From an uncultured delta proteobacterium (GTDB lineage: Bacteria > Desulfobacterota > Desulfomonilia > UBA1062), in the NCBI GenBank assembly GCA_963798485.1, contig CAWCTR010000014.1, positions 192,001 to 256,000 of the forward strand: DNA of 64,000 nucleotides, given 5' to 3'. Positions 1 to 8,443 of the stretch are shown here, piece by piece; within the stretch, counting starts at the first letter, position 1, and each line of letters begins with the position of its first letter. The notes beneath the pieces were generated by a model. The model was not told the origin of the DNA. It saw only the letters and a program-made list of their open reading frames with translations, and ran no database searches. A program made the position numbers and the translations under genes.

Positions 1-192
1 ATTAAGACTGGTGTCATGAACAGTGAAGTGTTTCTGGTGAAAACCGCACGTCAGGGCAGGCTCAGCCCAGTTATAAATGCGTAAAGCCCCTTTGATTTTT
101 CCGCGTCTGAGTGTCTCGAAGAGTTCGAGGTCTCTTTCCATAGTATGCAGGGCAGGGCATCTTCCATCGTGTAGGAGCTGCCATGTGTTCAT
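1..192 (-). CDS. Lipoate-protein ligase A family protein (partial; runs off window start)
   Basis: Not in the ORF track. Manual translation from ATG 192 (ATGA overlap with the accB stop) gives MNTWQLLHDGRCPALHTMERDLELFETLRRGKIKGALRIYNWAEPALTCGFHQ, matching the LplA/LipM N-terminal pattern (W.L...M..D...LR.Y.W..P..T.G..Q). Confidence 0.7.
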   Translation of the reverse strand, partial: MNTWQLLHDGRCPALHTMERDLELFETLRRGKIKGALRIYNWAEPALTCGFHQKHFTVHDTSLN

Positions 193-602
193 AACTCCTC
201 AATAATGAAGAGCTGATCACCATATCCTACCCGTTCACCGTCACGTTTTAGTATGGCTGCAACAATCCCGTCAACATGGGACTCAATCTCATTCATGAGT
301 TTCATGGCCTCGATAACACACAAGGCTTGGTTTTTAGCTACCCGGTCACCCACCTGTACATACGGGGATGTCTCCGGCGATGGGGACCTGTAGAACGTAC
401 CCACCAGGGGCGAAGTCACGGTAACAGTGTGTTTTTCCTTCATGCCTATGCCGGTGCGGTCATTGTCTTGATGCCGTGAAGGGGTTGCTTCATACTGACT
501 GGATCTCCGGATAATATGGATACGCTCAGGTGTCCAATCCAACTCTACTACGTCGGTATCCTTTATGAGTTCAATGAGATCCTTGACATTTTTAATGTTC
601 AT
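189..602 (-). CDS. accB: Biotin carboxyl carrier protein
   Basis: SPLVGTFYRSPSP and biotinyl-Lys motif EAMKLMNEI; efp-accB order. Confidence 0.93.
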   Translation of the reverse strand: MNIKNVKDLIELIKDTDVVELDWTPERIHIIRRSSQYEATPSRHQDNDRTGIGMKEKHTVTVTSPLVGTFYRSPSPETSPYVQVGDRVAKNQALCVIEAMKLMNEIESHVDGIVAAILKRDGERVGYGDQLFIIEEL

Positions 603-1166
603 TCAGCTTACTCTCTCAATATAGTTCCCTGTCCTGGTGTCCACCTTGACCACTTCACCAGTGCTGACGAACAGGGGGACTTGAATGGTTGCACCGGTCT
701 CCAGTTTGGCAGGCTTCGATCCTCCGGAGGCGGTATTACCTTTCAGGCCCGGGTCGGTTTCCACAATCTCAAGATTGAGAAACATGGGGAGCTCGATGCC
801 GATGGCCTTGCCATTGTGGAGGAGAACCTCCACCTCAACGTTCTCCTTGAGATAACCGAGCGCCTCCTCCATTTGATCTTCCGTGAGCGTCATCTGTTCA
901 TAGGTCTGGGTGTCCATGAAACAGTATCCCGTTTCATCCTGGTAAAGAAAAGACATCTTCTTTTCTTCCAGGTCAGGGACATCCACCTTTTCACCGGAGC
1001 GGAAGGTTTTGTCCAAGACATTGCCCGTAATCAGGCTTTTCATCTTGGTCCTTACAAAAGCCCCGCCCTTGCCGGGCTTCACGTGCTGAAAATCCACTAT
1101 GGTAAAGGGTTCACCATCGATCTCAATCTTCAGGTTCTTCCTGAACTGTGCTGTTGAATACTGCAT
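603..1166 (-). CDS. efp: Elongation factor P
   Basis: HVKPGKGGAFVRTK loop; 187 aa. Confidence 0.97.
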   Translation of the reverse strand: MQYSTAQFRKNLKIEIDGEPFTIVDFQHVKPGKGGAFVRTKMKSLITGNVLDKTFRSGEKVDVPDLEEKKMSFLYQDETGYCFMDTQTYEQMTLTEDQMEEALGYLKENVEVEVLLHNGKAIGIELPMFLNLEIVETDPGLKGNTASGGSKPAKLETGATIQVPLFVSTGEVVKVDTRTGNYIERVS

Positions 1167-1178
1167 GTATCCTCACCT

Positions 1179-2240
1179 CTAGCTGATATTTCTCATGGTT
1201 TCCTTATCAAGATTTGTAAGAAGCTTGCAAGAATTATCTGTTATCAGTGCCATATCTTCCAGTCTGATGCCGAACCGGCCTGGTATATATACACCGGGCT
1301 CGATGGTGATGACCATACCTTTCTCCAGTATATCTTCAGACAGTGGTGATACTGAAGGGGCCTCATGGACCTCCATGCCCACCCCATGACCGAGCCCGTG
1401 GCCGAAAAAGGCACCCAGCCCGTGTGTGCCAAGGTAATCACGCGCTATCCGGTCGAGGTCCAATGCCTTAACACCGGACGTCAGTGCCTTGATGGAGCGG
1501 GCCTGTGCCTCTTTCACCCTCATGTATGATTCTTGAAAGTCTCCTTCAATGTTTCCGGTAGTTACCGTGATTGTCTGGTCCGAGCAATAGCCCTTATAGA
1601 CACATCCAAAGTCGATTATTACCACTTCATTCTTGCCGATAACCTTATCTGAGGCAGCGCCATGGGGCATAGCAGAGCGTGGCCCAGAGGCAATGATGAG
1701 CTCAAACGAGGAAGCGCTCGCACCACGGGTCTTCATCTCCCCTTCAAGGTCAAGGGCCACATCGAGTTCCTTGCGCCCGATAATTCCCTTGGCAAGTACG
1801 GATTGCAAGGCCGTTTCCGAAATACGGGCAGCCTTCATAATACTATCAACCTCTGCGGCATCCTTTATGGCGCGCAGTGTCTTGAGCTGTCCGCCCAGGG
1901 GTGTCATTTCGATGCCCTTGTAGAGATCCTTCATTTTAATAAAGCTATCGACGTCCAATATGTTTGACTCGACCCCCAAGGTCTTCACACCCTCTTCCTG
2001 CAGGATTGCATGTATGCCTTCCCATCGCCTGGTAATCTCATGGACTTGAGCCTGGGTTTCCTGCCGTGCCTGGAGGGTGTTTCGTGAATCCACGAACAGG
2101 AAATCCTTGTATTCAGTATAAACATACACGGCATCCGAGCCGGAATAACCACTCAGGTAGGTGATGCTGGGCCGGGACAACAGCAGGATGGCATCCAGGC
2201 CCTTGAGATAGTGGCGGGCCCTACTGAGCCTGCTTTCCAT
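1179..2240 (-). CDS. Xaa-Pro aminopeptidase (M24B)
   Basis: IDFG..Y.GYCSD, HGLGHGVG.EVHE, TIEPG, IRLED motifs; start moved to MESRL (2240). Confidence 0.92.
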   Translation of the reverse strand: MESRLSRARHYLKGLDAILLLSRPSITYLSGYSGSDAVYVYTEYKDFLFVDSRNTLQARQETQAQVHEITRRWEGIHAILQEEGVKTLGVESNILDVDSFIKMKDLYKGIEMTPLGGQLKTLRAIKDAAEVDSIMKAARISETALQSVLAKGIIGRKELDVALDLEGEMKTRGASASSFELIIASGPRSAMPHGAASDKVIGKNEVVIIDFGCVYKGYCSDQTITVTTGNIEGDFQESYMRVKEAQARSIKALTSGVKALDLDRIARDYLGTHGLGAFFGHGLGHGVGMEVHEAPSVSPLSEDILEKGMVITIEPGVYIPGRFGIRLEDMALITDNSCKLLTNLDKETMRNIS

Positions 2241-2667
2241 AGAGCCCCCATATAGCCTCAACAGCAAGCTCATAGCCAAGAGGACCAAATCCCGATATAC
2301 TGCCTGCTGCTATGTCGGAAAATAAATTGATCTGGCGGAATTGCTCCCTGGCCGCAACCTTGCTCAAATGCACCTCAATGAAAGGGAGACTTACCGCAAG
2401 CAGGGCGTCCCGTAAGGCCACCGAGGTATGGGTGTATCCACCCGGATTGAGTATGAACCCATGTATGCCCGATGCCGGGGCCTTATGGACCTTATCGATA
2501 AGATCACCTTCATGGTTGGATTGGAAAAAATCCACTTCAACCCCAACGGTAAAGGCCTTACGCCTGATGAGACCTTCAATGTCATCAAGCGTCGTGGTGC
2601 CGTAGATGGATGTTTCCCTGCGGCCAAGCATATTCAGATTGGGTCCGTTGATTACCATAATCTTCAT
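2221..2667 (-). CDS. aroQ: Type II 3-dehydroquinate dehydratase
   Basis: NGPNLNMLGRRE..IYG, NPGGYTHTS, EVHLS. Confidence 0.96.
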   Translation of the reverse strand: MKIMVINGPNLNMLGRRETSIYGTTTLDDIEGLIRRKAFTVGVEVDFFQSNHEGDLIDKVHKAPASGIHGFILNPGGYTHTSVALRDALLAVSLPFIEVHLSKVAAREQFRQINLFSDIAAGSISGFGPLGYELAVEAIWGLYGKQAQ

Positions 2668-3194
2668 TTCTTCAACCTCTCAAGCCAGCCATGCAGGGTT
2701 TTCATAATAAAGAGGTCCTGTGCGTTACCGGCTTCCTGCTGGGCTGTATCATCAAGTCCGGAAATTTTATCAACCTGAGCATAGATATCAAGTGCCTGCT
2801 CATAATGTCCCTGTTGAGCGTAAATCTTGGCAAGTTCAATGGAAGGCTCATTCATGAGCATCTCAGGGACCTCTTGTCGCTCAAGCAGGTCCCGGGCCTC
2901 ATCATCTTCAGGATGAAATGCAAGGTATTTTTGGAGGTATGCCTTGGCCTGTAGGACATCTTCTTTCTGATTATAGATAAGGGCAAGATAGTAGAATGAC
3001 TTTATTAAACCTTCGGCTTGATCTGCAATCTTACCTAAGACGTCCAGGGCCTCACCTTCTCTGCCGATCTTGAACAGGGAAATCCCTAGCAGAAGCCTGT
3101 CTTCAGGATTTCTACGGTATTTGGCTGCCCGGACAACGTCCAGAAACCTGCCCTCTTCAAAGGCTATCTTCACATTCTCTGACAAACCGGCCAT
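2664..3194 (-). CDS. Tetratricopeptide repeat protein
   Basis: TPR-like helices (YYLALIY..., LAKIYAQQGHYEQALDIY); overlaps neighbours in operon. Confidence 0.75.
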   Translation of the reverse strand: MAGLSENVKIAFEEGRFLDVVRAAKYRRNPEDRLLLGISLFKIGREGEALDVLGKIADQAEGLIKSFYYLALIYNQKEDVLQAKAYLQKYLAFHPEDDEARDLLERQEVPEMLMNEPSIELAKIYAQQGHYEQALDIYAQVDKISGLDDTAQQEAGNAQDLFIMKTLHGWLERLKK

Positions 3195-4716
3195 AAGCAC
3201 CTAATATTTGAGAACCAGTAAGCTTTTTAACGGTAGCATCACCGATTGATGGAGTCAATACAAAGTGAATCCCATCCTGCCCTGCTTTTTTGTCCATAGC
3301 AATGGCACTGCTTATCTCATCTGCTTGAGGATATTGAAGTTCTTGAAGAGAATAGGTCCATTTTTTAATCAGCCGGAATATCCTTTCCATGTCCTTGACC
3401 TCTATAAGGCCTAGCTCACGTGATAACCAGGAGGCAAAAAACATCCCCGCAGCCACGGCCCTGCCATGGCTTGCTTTATAGTTCCGGGAAAGCTCGATTG
3501 CATGTCCTAAGGTATGGCCGAAGTTGAGTATCCTCCGCAGACCCCCTTCCCTTTCATCCCGGCTTACAACAAATGCCTTATCGCGCGCACATAAAGCCAC
3601 GATCTTCTCATAATCAGGGGTATGAGTGGATTCAAGCTCATCAAAGAGATCCTTATCCATGATAATGCCGTATTTAATGACCTCGGCCATGGCATCTTGT
3701 ATATGAGCAGGTTCCAACGTAGAAAGAAATTCTATATCGCTGAGCACGAAAAGGGGCTGATGAAAGGTGCCTACAAGGTTCTTGCCATGCTTGACGTCAA
3801 TGGCGGTCTTGCCGCCGATACTCGAATCCACCTGGGCCAGCAGTGTGGTGGGGATCTGCACTACCGGGATGCCACGCATGTAGATACTCGACGCAAAGGC
3901 CGCCAAGTCACCGGTAACACCGCCTCCCACGGCAAGGCAAAGCCATTGCCTGTTTGCCTGGGCTGTGAACATCTCGTCCAATACCTTCATCAGGGAGGAA
4001 AATGACTTTGACGACTCGCCGGATGGTATTGTTATGATGTGGTGTTTCAATCCTGCAAGCGAAGAACGGATAAGCTTGCCATAGTGTATGAAGACTTGTT
4101 CATCTGCGAGCACCAAGACGCCCTCGGGATGGATGTGACGGGAAATATATTTCCGGAGGTCTTTGAAGATGCCCCGGCCGATGTAAATGGGATAAGGGTT
4201 TGCCAAGGCAAGGACTGCAACGGGTTCTATGGATGAGCTTGTCAGGCTGAAGATTTCCTGCACAACTTCCTGGGCAGTCCTTCCATCCGTGTCTTTTATG
4301 ATATCGGCATCTTCATAGGCGGGGGTCCTCTCAAGGAGAAGACTTCGCGCTTGCTCGTTCCACAATGGCCTTCCGGTATCTTCCGGGACCCGTTCCGCGA
4401 GAGTTTCAAAGGTAGAACGGAGATAAATGATATGGCCGCAGGCCTTCATAAGTGCCCTGTTCACAGGATTTACCGGGAGTCCGCCCCCGGTTGCCACAAC
4501 TGCGTTATGATCCTTGCCGGCAACATCGATCAGGGCCTCGCGCTCGAGGATTCTGAACACAGCCTCGCCTGCACATGCAAAGATCTCGCCCACAGTACTA
4601 CATGCCTTTGTGCTGACATGCTCGTCGAGATCGATGAATGGACGGCCGAGAAGTTCGGCGAGTCTTCTGCCTACGGTAGTCTTGCCTGAACCCATAAAGC
4701 CGGTGAGGAAGATCAT
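3157..4716 (-). CDS. aroKB: Bifunctional shikimate kinase / 3-dehydroquinate synthase
   Basis: N-terminal GFMGSGKT P-loop and ATGGG; C-terminal GGGVTGD, PTTLLAQVDSSIGGKT, LNFGHTLGHAIE. Confidence 0.95.
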   Translation of the reverse strand: MIFLTGFMGSGKTTVGRRLAELLGRPFIDLDEHVSTKACSTVGEIFACAGEAVFRILEREALIDVAGKDHNAVVATGGGLPVNPVNRALMKACGHIIYLRSTFETLAERVPEDTGRPLWNEQARSLLLERTPAYEDADIIKDTDGRTAQEVVQEIFSLTSSSIEPVAVLALANPYPIYIGRGIFKDLRKYISRHIHPEGVLVLADEQVFIHYGKLIRSSLAGLKHHIITIPSGESSKSFSSLMKVLDEMFTAQANRQWLCLAVGGGVTGDLAAFASSIYMRGIPVVQIPTTLLAQVDSSIGGKTAIDVKHGKNLVGTFHQPLFVLSDIEFLSTLEPAHIQDAMAEVIKYGIIMDKDLFDELESTHTPDYEKIVALCARDKAFVVSRDEREGGLRRILNFGHTLGHAIELSRNYKASHGRAVAAGMFFASWLSRELGLIEVKDMERIFRLIKKWTYSLQELQYPQADEISSAIAMDKKAGQDGIHFVLTPSIGDATVKKLTGSQILGAYGRFVRECEDSL

Positions 4717-5846
4717 AGGCCCTCCCAAAACTTCCTGTGTCTGTCAAACGCCTTCTTTAGCTCATCCATGTTGGGCTGGTTATAGCTCTCGATGATGGCG
4801 CAAGACACTGCAATAATAGCCATGGCCTCTCCTACCACAGATGCTGCAGGAACAGCGCACACGTCCGCACGTTCGTAGCTTGCCTGAACTGCCATACCGG
4901 TGCGCATGTCAAAGGTTGGCATACCTTTTTTGAGGGTGGGGATCGGCTTCATTGTGCATGTTATTACCACTGGTTCACCGTTGGTTACCCCTCCCTCCAG
5001 GCCGCCTGCGTTGTTGGATGACCTGGTCTTGGGCCGTGTGGGCAGGATGGGGTCATGAACCTTGGAGCCCGGCATTTCGCCGCACGCGATACCAGCACCG
5101 ATCTGGACGGCCTTTATGGCCGGGATGGACATGAGATGCATGGACAGCAGGGCATCCAAACGCTGTTCCCATTGCGTGTAAGAACCGATACCGGCTGGCA
5201 GGCCTTTAATCACAACCACGAATTCACCACCAATTGAGTCACCTGCTGAAGCTATCTGGTCGATGATATGCTCCATGTCCAGTGTAGACTTCTCATCGGG
5301 GCAGAATACGCTGGAGCTATCCCTCTTCAGCTGGTCGAAGGGACCATCATAGGTCGATGCACCGATCCTTCTCACCCATGAAGAGGCATTGATATCAAGG
5401 CAGGAAAGGAAAGAACGCAAGAGCCCCCCTGCTGCTACCCTTCCGGCGGTTTCACGGGCGCTGGAGCGCTCGAGCACATTCCTCAGATCCGTGTGCCTGA
5501 ACCTGGCGGCACCTGCAAGATCTGCATGACCTGGCCTGGGTGTATGGAGTTCCCTTCCGGGGATTATCTCCCATGGGTCCATGTATTCCTTCCAATCTTC
5601 AAAATCCCTGTTCCAGACAGCTATGAGCACCGGGCTTCCCAATGTGACCCCACCTCTGATGCCTGACAGCACATCCACCATGTCCAGTTCGATAGACATG
5701 CGTGGGCCCCTGCCATATCCCTTCTGGCGCCTAGCAAGATCGGCATTTATAGTGCCCCTGTCCACCCTAAGCCCTGCCGGCAACCCGTCAAGGAAGCAAA
5801 AGACACCCCTGCCGTGGGATTCACCTGCTGTATAAAAATGGAGCAT
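4713..5846 (-). CDS. aroC: Chorismate synthase
   Basis: TAGESHG, PRPGHAD, ERSSARETA, NNAGGLEGG. Confidence 0.97.
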   Translation of the reverse strand: MLHFYTAGESHGRGVFCFLDGLPAGLRVDRGTINADLARRQKGYGRGPRMSIELDMVDVLSGIRGGVTLGSPVLIAVWNRDFEDWKEYMDPWEIIPGRELHTPRPGHADLAGAARFRHTDLRNVLERSSARETAGRVAAGGLLRSFLSCLDINASSWVRRIGASTYDGPFDQLKRDSSSVFCPDEKSTLDMEHIIDQIASAGDSIGGEFVVVIKGLPAGIGSYTQWEQRLDALLSMHLMSIPAIKAVQIGAGIACGEMPGSKVHDPILPTRPKTRSSNNAGGLEGGVTNGEPVVITCTMKPIPTLKKGMPTFDMRTGMAVQASYERADVCAVPAASVVGEAMAIIAVSCAIIESYNQPNMDELKKAFDRHRKFWEGL

Positions 5847-5877
5847 GAAACCTCCGGACCAATTTCAATTGGATGCG

Positions 5878-5907
5878 ATTATCGTGGATGAAGGCAGGGT
5901 TTGTCAA
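5878..5907 (-). promoter_or_regulatory. Putative sigma70 promoter of the aroC operon
   Basis: TTGACA-18 bp-GATAAT on the minus strand just upstream of aroC. Confidence 0.5.
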
Positions 5908-5923
5908 CAGAGCTTAAAAGACA

Positions 5924-5982
5924 GGCTATCAGCAGTCGGCTGTCAGCTACCTGAAAAAGCTGAATGCTGATTGCTGATAGCC
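5924..5982. repeat. Imperfect palindrome built of about 7-nt GCTGAnn/nnTCAGC units
   Basis: ggctatcagcagtcggctgtcagct...agctgaatgctgattgctgatagcc between the btuB stop and the aroC promoter. Confidence 0.65.
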
Positions 5983-6002
5983 GAATGCCATGAGAGAAGG
6001 GG

Positions 6003-7904
6003 CTAGAAACTGATTTTTGCCGCAAACCGGTATGTTCTCCCTGAAACGGGATACCAGGCGTTCCCGAAAGATGATTTGTATACATACTCGGGTGACCGGT
6101 CATCCAGAAGATTGTCCACCTTGAAGGAGATCGTGGCATCCTTGCTCACATCGAGCAAGGCCCCGGCATTCACAAGATAACGGTTATCCGTGCGCTCTGT
6201 GTTGGCACTGTCCTCGTATGAGCCTTGACGGAACTGATACGAAAGAGAAAACGTTGCATTTCTACCTGCAATTTCCGGCAGGTAATCCGCCTGGATATTG
6301 AGCACTTGAGGGGGATCCTCTTCCAGGTGGTTCCCTTTGTATGGGCCGCTTTCATAGGTATTGCGGCTTAGGATATAATTAGTCGAAAATTTAACCATGC
6401 TTGTGGGTGCAACCCATGCATTTGTCTCGATGCCGGAAGACCCGGCCTTATCGACGTTTATATACGTAAATGTGTCGGCTGTCGGGTAATCCGTCTTGAT
6501 GAGGTCGCGATAGGTGGTGAGGAAATAATCGACACTGAAGCCATAGGTATTCATGGAAATGTAGGGACCGATGTCCCAGTTGAATGAATGTTCGGGCTTG
6601 AGGTCCGGATTGGCAATGAAGGTGCTGCCCGGGTATGAAGGGGAGTAAAGCTTGCCCATGTCGGGCACAAGATATCCGGTGCCTGCATTGGTCTTGAGCT
6701 GGACATGGTCGATCACCTTCCATGCAGCGCCTGCATGATATGACCACTGGCCATTGAAATCCGTGTTATTGTCATATCTTCCCGTTAACTCCAGAAAAAC
6801 CGGCTGAAGGTCCATACCGGCTGATAAGGAACCGGTTCCGGTGGAACGTGAGTGTACCCCGTAATCGTCGCTGCTCATTCTCTCATTGAGATATTCCGCA
6901 CCCGGGGTCAGTGTAACCAACCCGATCTTCCGGGAATAAGAGACTGAAAGATCCTTGTTGGACAGTATTGTCGTGTTATCACCCGAAGAGGGTCTCTCGT
7001 TATGGATCCTGTCGGTCAAGATCCATGCGCGGGCATTGAACGTTTGATCCTGGGTAAAAGCCTTTTTGGTTTCAAGAAGGATCGTGTTCTGGATAGTATC
7101 TGTCCTGTCATTGGGCGTAATGTAGCCGGGCTCGATCCCAGGAGACCCCTCTGTCTGGTCGATGAAGTTGCCCGTTACGGAACTCTGCCAGCCCTTTGCA
7201 TCAAAGACGGCCTTGATGAGGCCCGTGGTGTTTTCAATGTCGTTGTTTTCCCGACGGGTCCATGTGCCGTCATCTTTTTTGTAACGGAAGTCATTGTCTG
7301 CAAAGGCATGGGTAAGGTTTGCCAGGATACCCACCTGGCCTTCATGGGTGCTTACATGTCCGTGGTAGAGGCCGTAGTTATAGGTCCCCTGTGAAGAGTA
7401 TAGATTGTATTCATCAATGGGAGATGGGTTTTCTGTAACGAGGTTGATGACCCCCCCCATGGCCGAGTTGCCGAAGGCTGCGCTGTCACTGCCTTTGATA
7501 ATCTCGACCCGGTCCATGTCGGGAAGCATATACTCAGAGAGGTCTACCATATCCCCGGTCACCGGGTTGAGCGGTATGCCGTCAAGGGTGATGAGGGTCT
7601 GCCGATAGCTGGAACCACGGAGTGATACCGGTGATGTTGTGGCCCCGCCATAGTCACTGAGGTCAACGGATGATGCCTTGCGAAGTGCCTCGCTCGTATC
7701 GATGAGGCCTGTGGATTCGGGCCCCGGGATCACGATGTCGGAAAATGACGTGGGGGCCTTTTTCGTAACCGAATCCGTGGACGGACTTTCCATCGTGGGG
7801 GTGACAACGATAAGGATCTCTGAAGCTGCCTGGATGGTGCTGTTCGTTAATGCCAGGAGAATGAGGAGTGAAGCAAGGAGCCATAATACTTTGTGATGGT
7901 CCAT
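6003..7904 (-). CDS. btuB: TonB-dependent receptor, BtuB-like corrinoid transporter
   Basis: Plug motifs SLRGS, DRVEIIKG.DSA.FG..AMGGVINLVT; C-terminal F; upstream cobalamin riboswitch; start reassigned to ATG 7904 behind GGAGG. Confidence 0.85.
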   Translation of the reverse strand: MDHHKVLWLLASLLILLALTNSTIQAASEILIVVTPTMESPSTDSVTKKAPTSFSDIVIPGPESTGLIDTSEALRKASSVDLSDYGGATTSPVSLRGSSYRQTLITLDGIPLNPVTGDMVDLSEYMLPDMDRVEIIKGSDSAAFGNSAMGGVINLVTENPSPIDEYNLYSSQGTYNYGLYHGHVSTHEGQVGILANLTHAFADNDFRYKKDDGTWTRRENNDIENTTGLIKAVFDAKGWQSSVTGNFIDQTEGSPGIEPGYITPNDRTDTIQNTILLETKKAFTQDQTFNARAWILTDRIHNERPSSGDNTTILSNKDLSVSYSRKIGLVTLTPGAEYLNERMSSDDYGVHSRSTGTGSLSAGMDLQPVFLELTGRYDNNTDFNGQWSYHAGAAWKVIDHVQLKTNAGTGYLVPDMGKLYSPSYPGSTFIANPDLKPEHSFNWDIGPYISMNTYGFSVDYFLTTYRDLIKTDYPTADTFTYINVDKAGSSGIETNAWVAPTSMVKFSTNYILSRNTYESGPYKGNHLEEDPPQVLNIQADYLPEIAGRNATFSLSYQFRQGSYEDSANTERTDNRYLVNAGALLDVSKDATISFKVDNLLDDRSPEYVYKSSFGNAWYPVSGRTYRFAAKISF

Positions 7905-7971
7905 TTGGACACCTCCATGGAATATTCCCTTGGAGTCTCCACCCAGGCACGCAGGTGTAGTCCGGACCACG

Positions 7972-8110
7972 GATAGGTCTTCTGGCTTACGGATCATTAT
8001 GGCGGCCTTGCCTTCCCGCATTTGCAGTGGCATTTTAGCGGCCTGCCCTCCCCGTTCACAGCGGCGGCCCCACCCCGGAATTTCACCGGGTTCCCTTGAA
8101 TCCGCAGCAG
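7972..8110 (-). ncRNA. Cobalamin riboswitch
   Basis: Minus strand AAGGGAAcccGGTGaAAtTCCggg...GCCGCTGTGA...GCCACTG...GGGAAGGC...AGCCAGAAGACCT (B12 box); P1 TGCGGAT/ATCCGTA. Confidence 0.93.
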
Positions 8111-8159
8111 GGTTTGCAATAAATATCAGGTGGTATATGAACTGTCAATATGGCGTTTA

Positions 8160-8220
8160 AAATTGTAGGAGCGCCTTTAGGCGCGATGGATCATCGCGCC
8201 TAAAGGCGCTCCTACAATTT
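8160..8220. repeat. REPIN: inverted pair of GTAG-family REP sequences
   Basis: Perfect 29-bp arms AAATTGTAGGAGCGCCTTTAGGCGCGATG with a 3-nt loop; each arm has GTAG plus internal GCGCC-TTTA-GGCGC hairpin. Confidence 0.8.
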
Positions 8221-8260
8221 CTCTCTTGCCTTTTTGGGAATATTCTGTCATATATAGAGT

Positions 8261-8332
8261 ATGATTACCGTATCAGCACACATCTTTTTCGGCTATTATT
8301 TTTGGTTTAGGACGTGGCCGCCTGTGGGCTGA
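8261..8332 (+). CDS. aroF leader peptide MITVSAHIFFGYYFWFRTWPPVG (attenuator)
   Basis: 23-aa ORF with 4 Phe, 2 Tyr and 2 Trp codons within codons 9-19, directly upstream of a terminator and aroF. Confidence 0.85.
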   Translation: MITVSAHIFFGYYFWFRTWPPVG

Positions 8333-8351
8333 GCTGTTCGTAAACGAACGC

Positions 8352-8391
8352 AAAGGCTGTGGGTGGTCACCTTCCCACGGCCTTTTCATTT
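8352..8391 (+). terminator. Attenuator terminator upstream of aroF
   Basis: AAAGGCTGTGGG (8352-8363) pairs with CCCACGGCCTTT (8374-8385), ending in a T-rich tract (TTTTCATTT). Confidence 0.8.
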
Positions 8392-8443
8392 GTGGCCTTA
8401 AGGAAGTGAACACACACGGCACATAAAAGTAAAGGAGGCTAGT

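Noticed and set aside
3157-4716. aroK-aroB fusion as a novelty
   Set aside because: A known fusion in several bacterial lineages.
7905-8033. N-terminal extension of the TonB receptor in the ORF track
   Set aside because: Overlaps the cobalamin riboswitch; the RBS and signal peptide point to ATG 7904.
8160-8220. Palindrome as CRISPR repeat or simple terminator
   Set aside because: Single unit with no spacers or cas genes; the internal GTAG-REP architecture explains it better.
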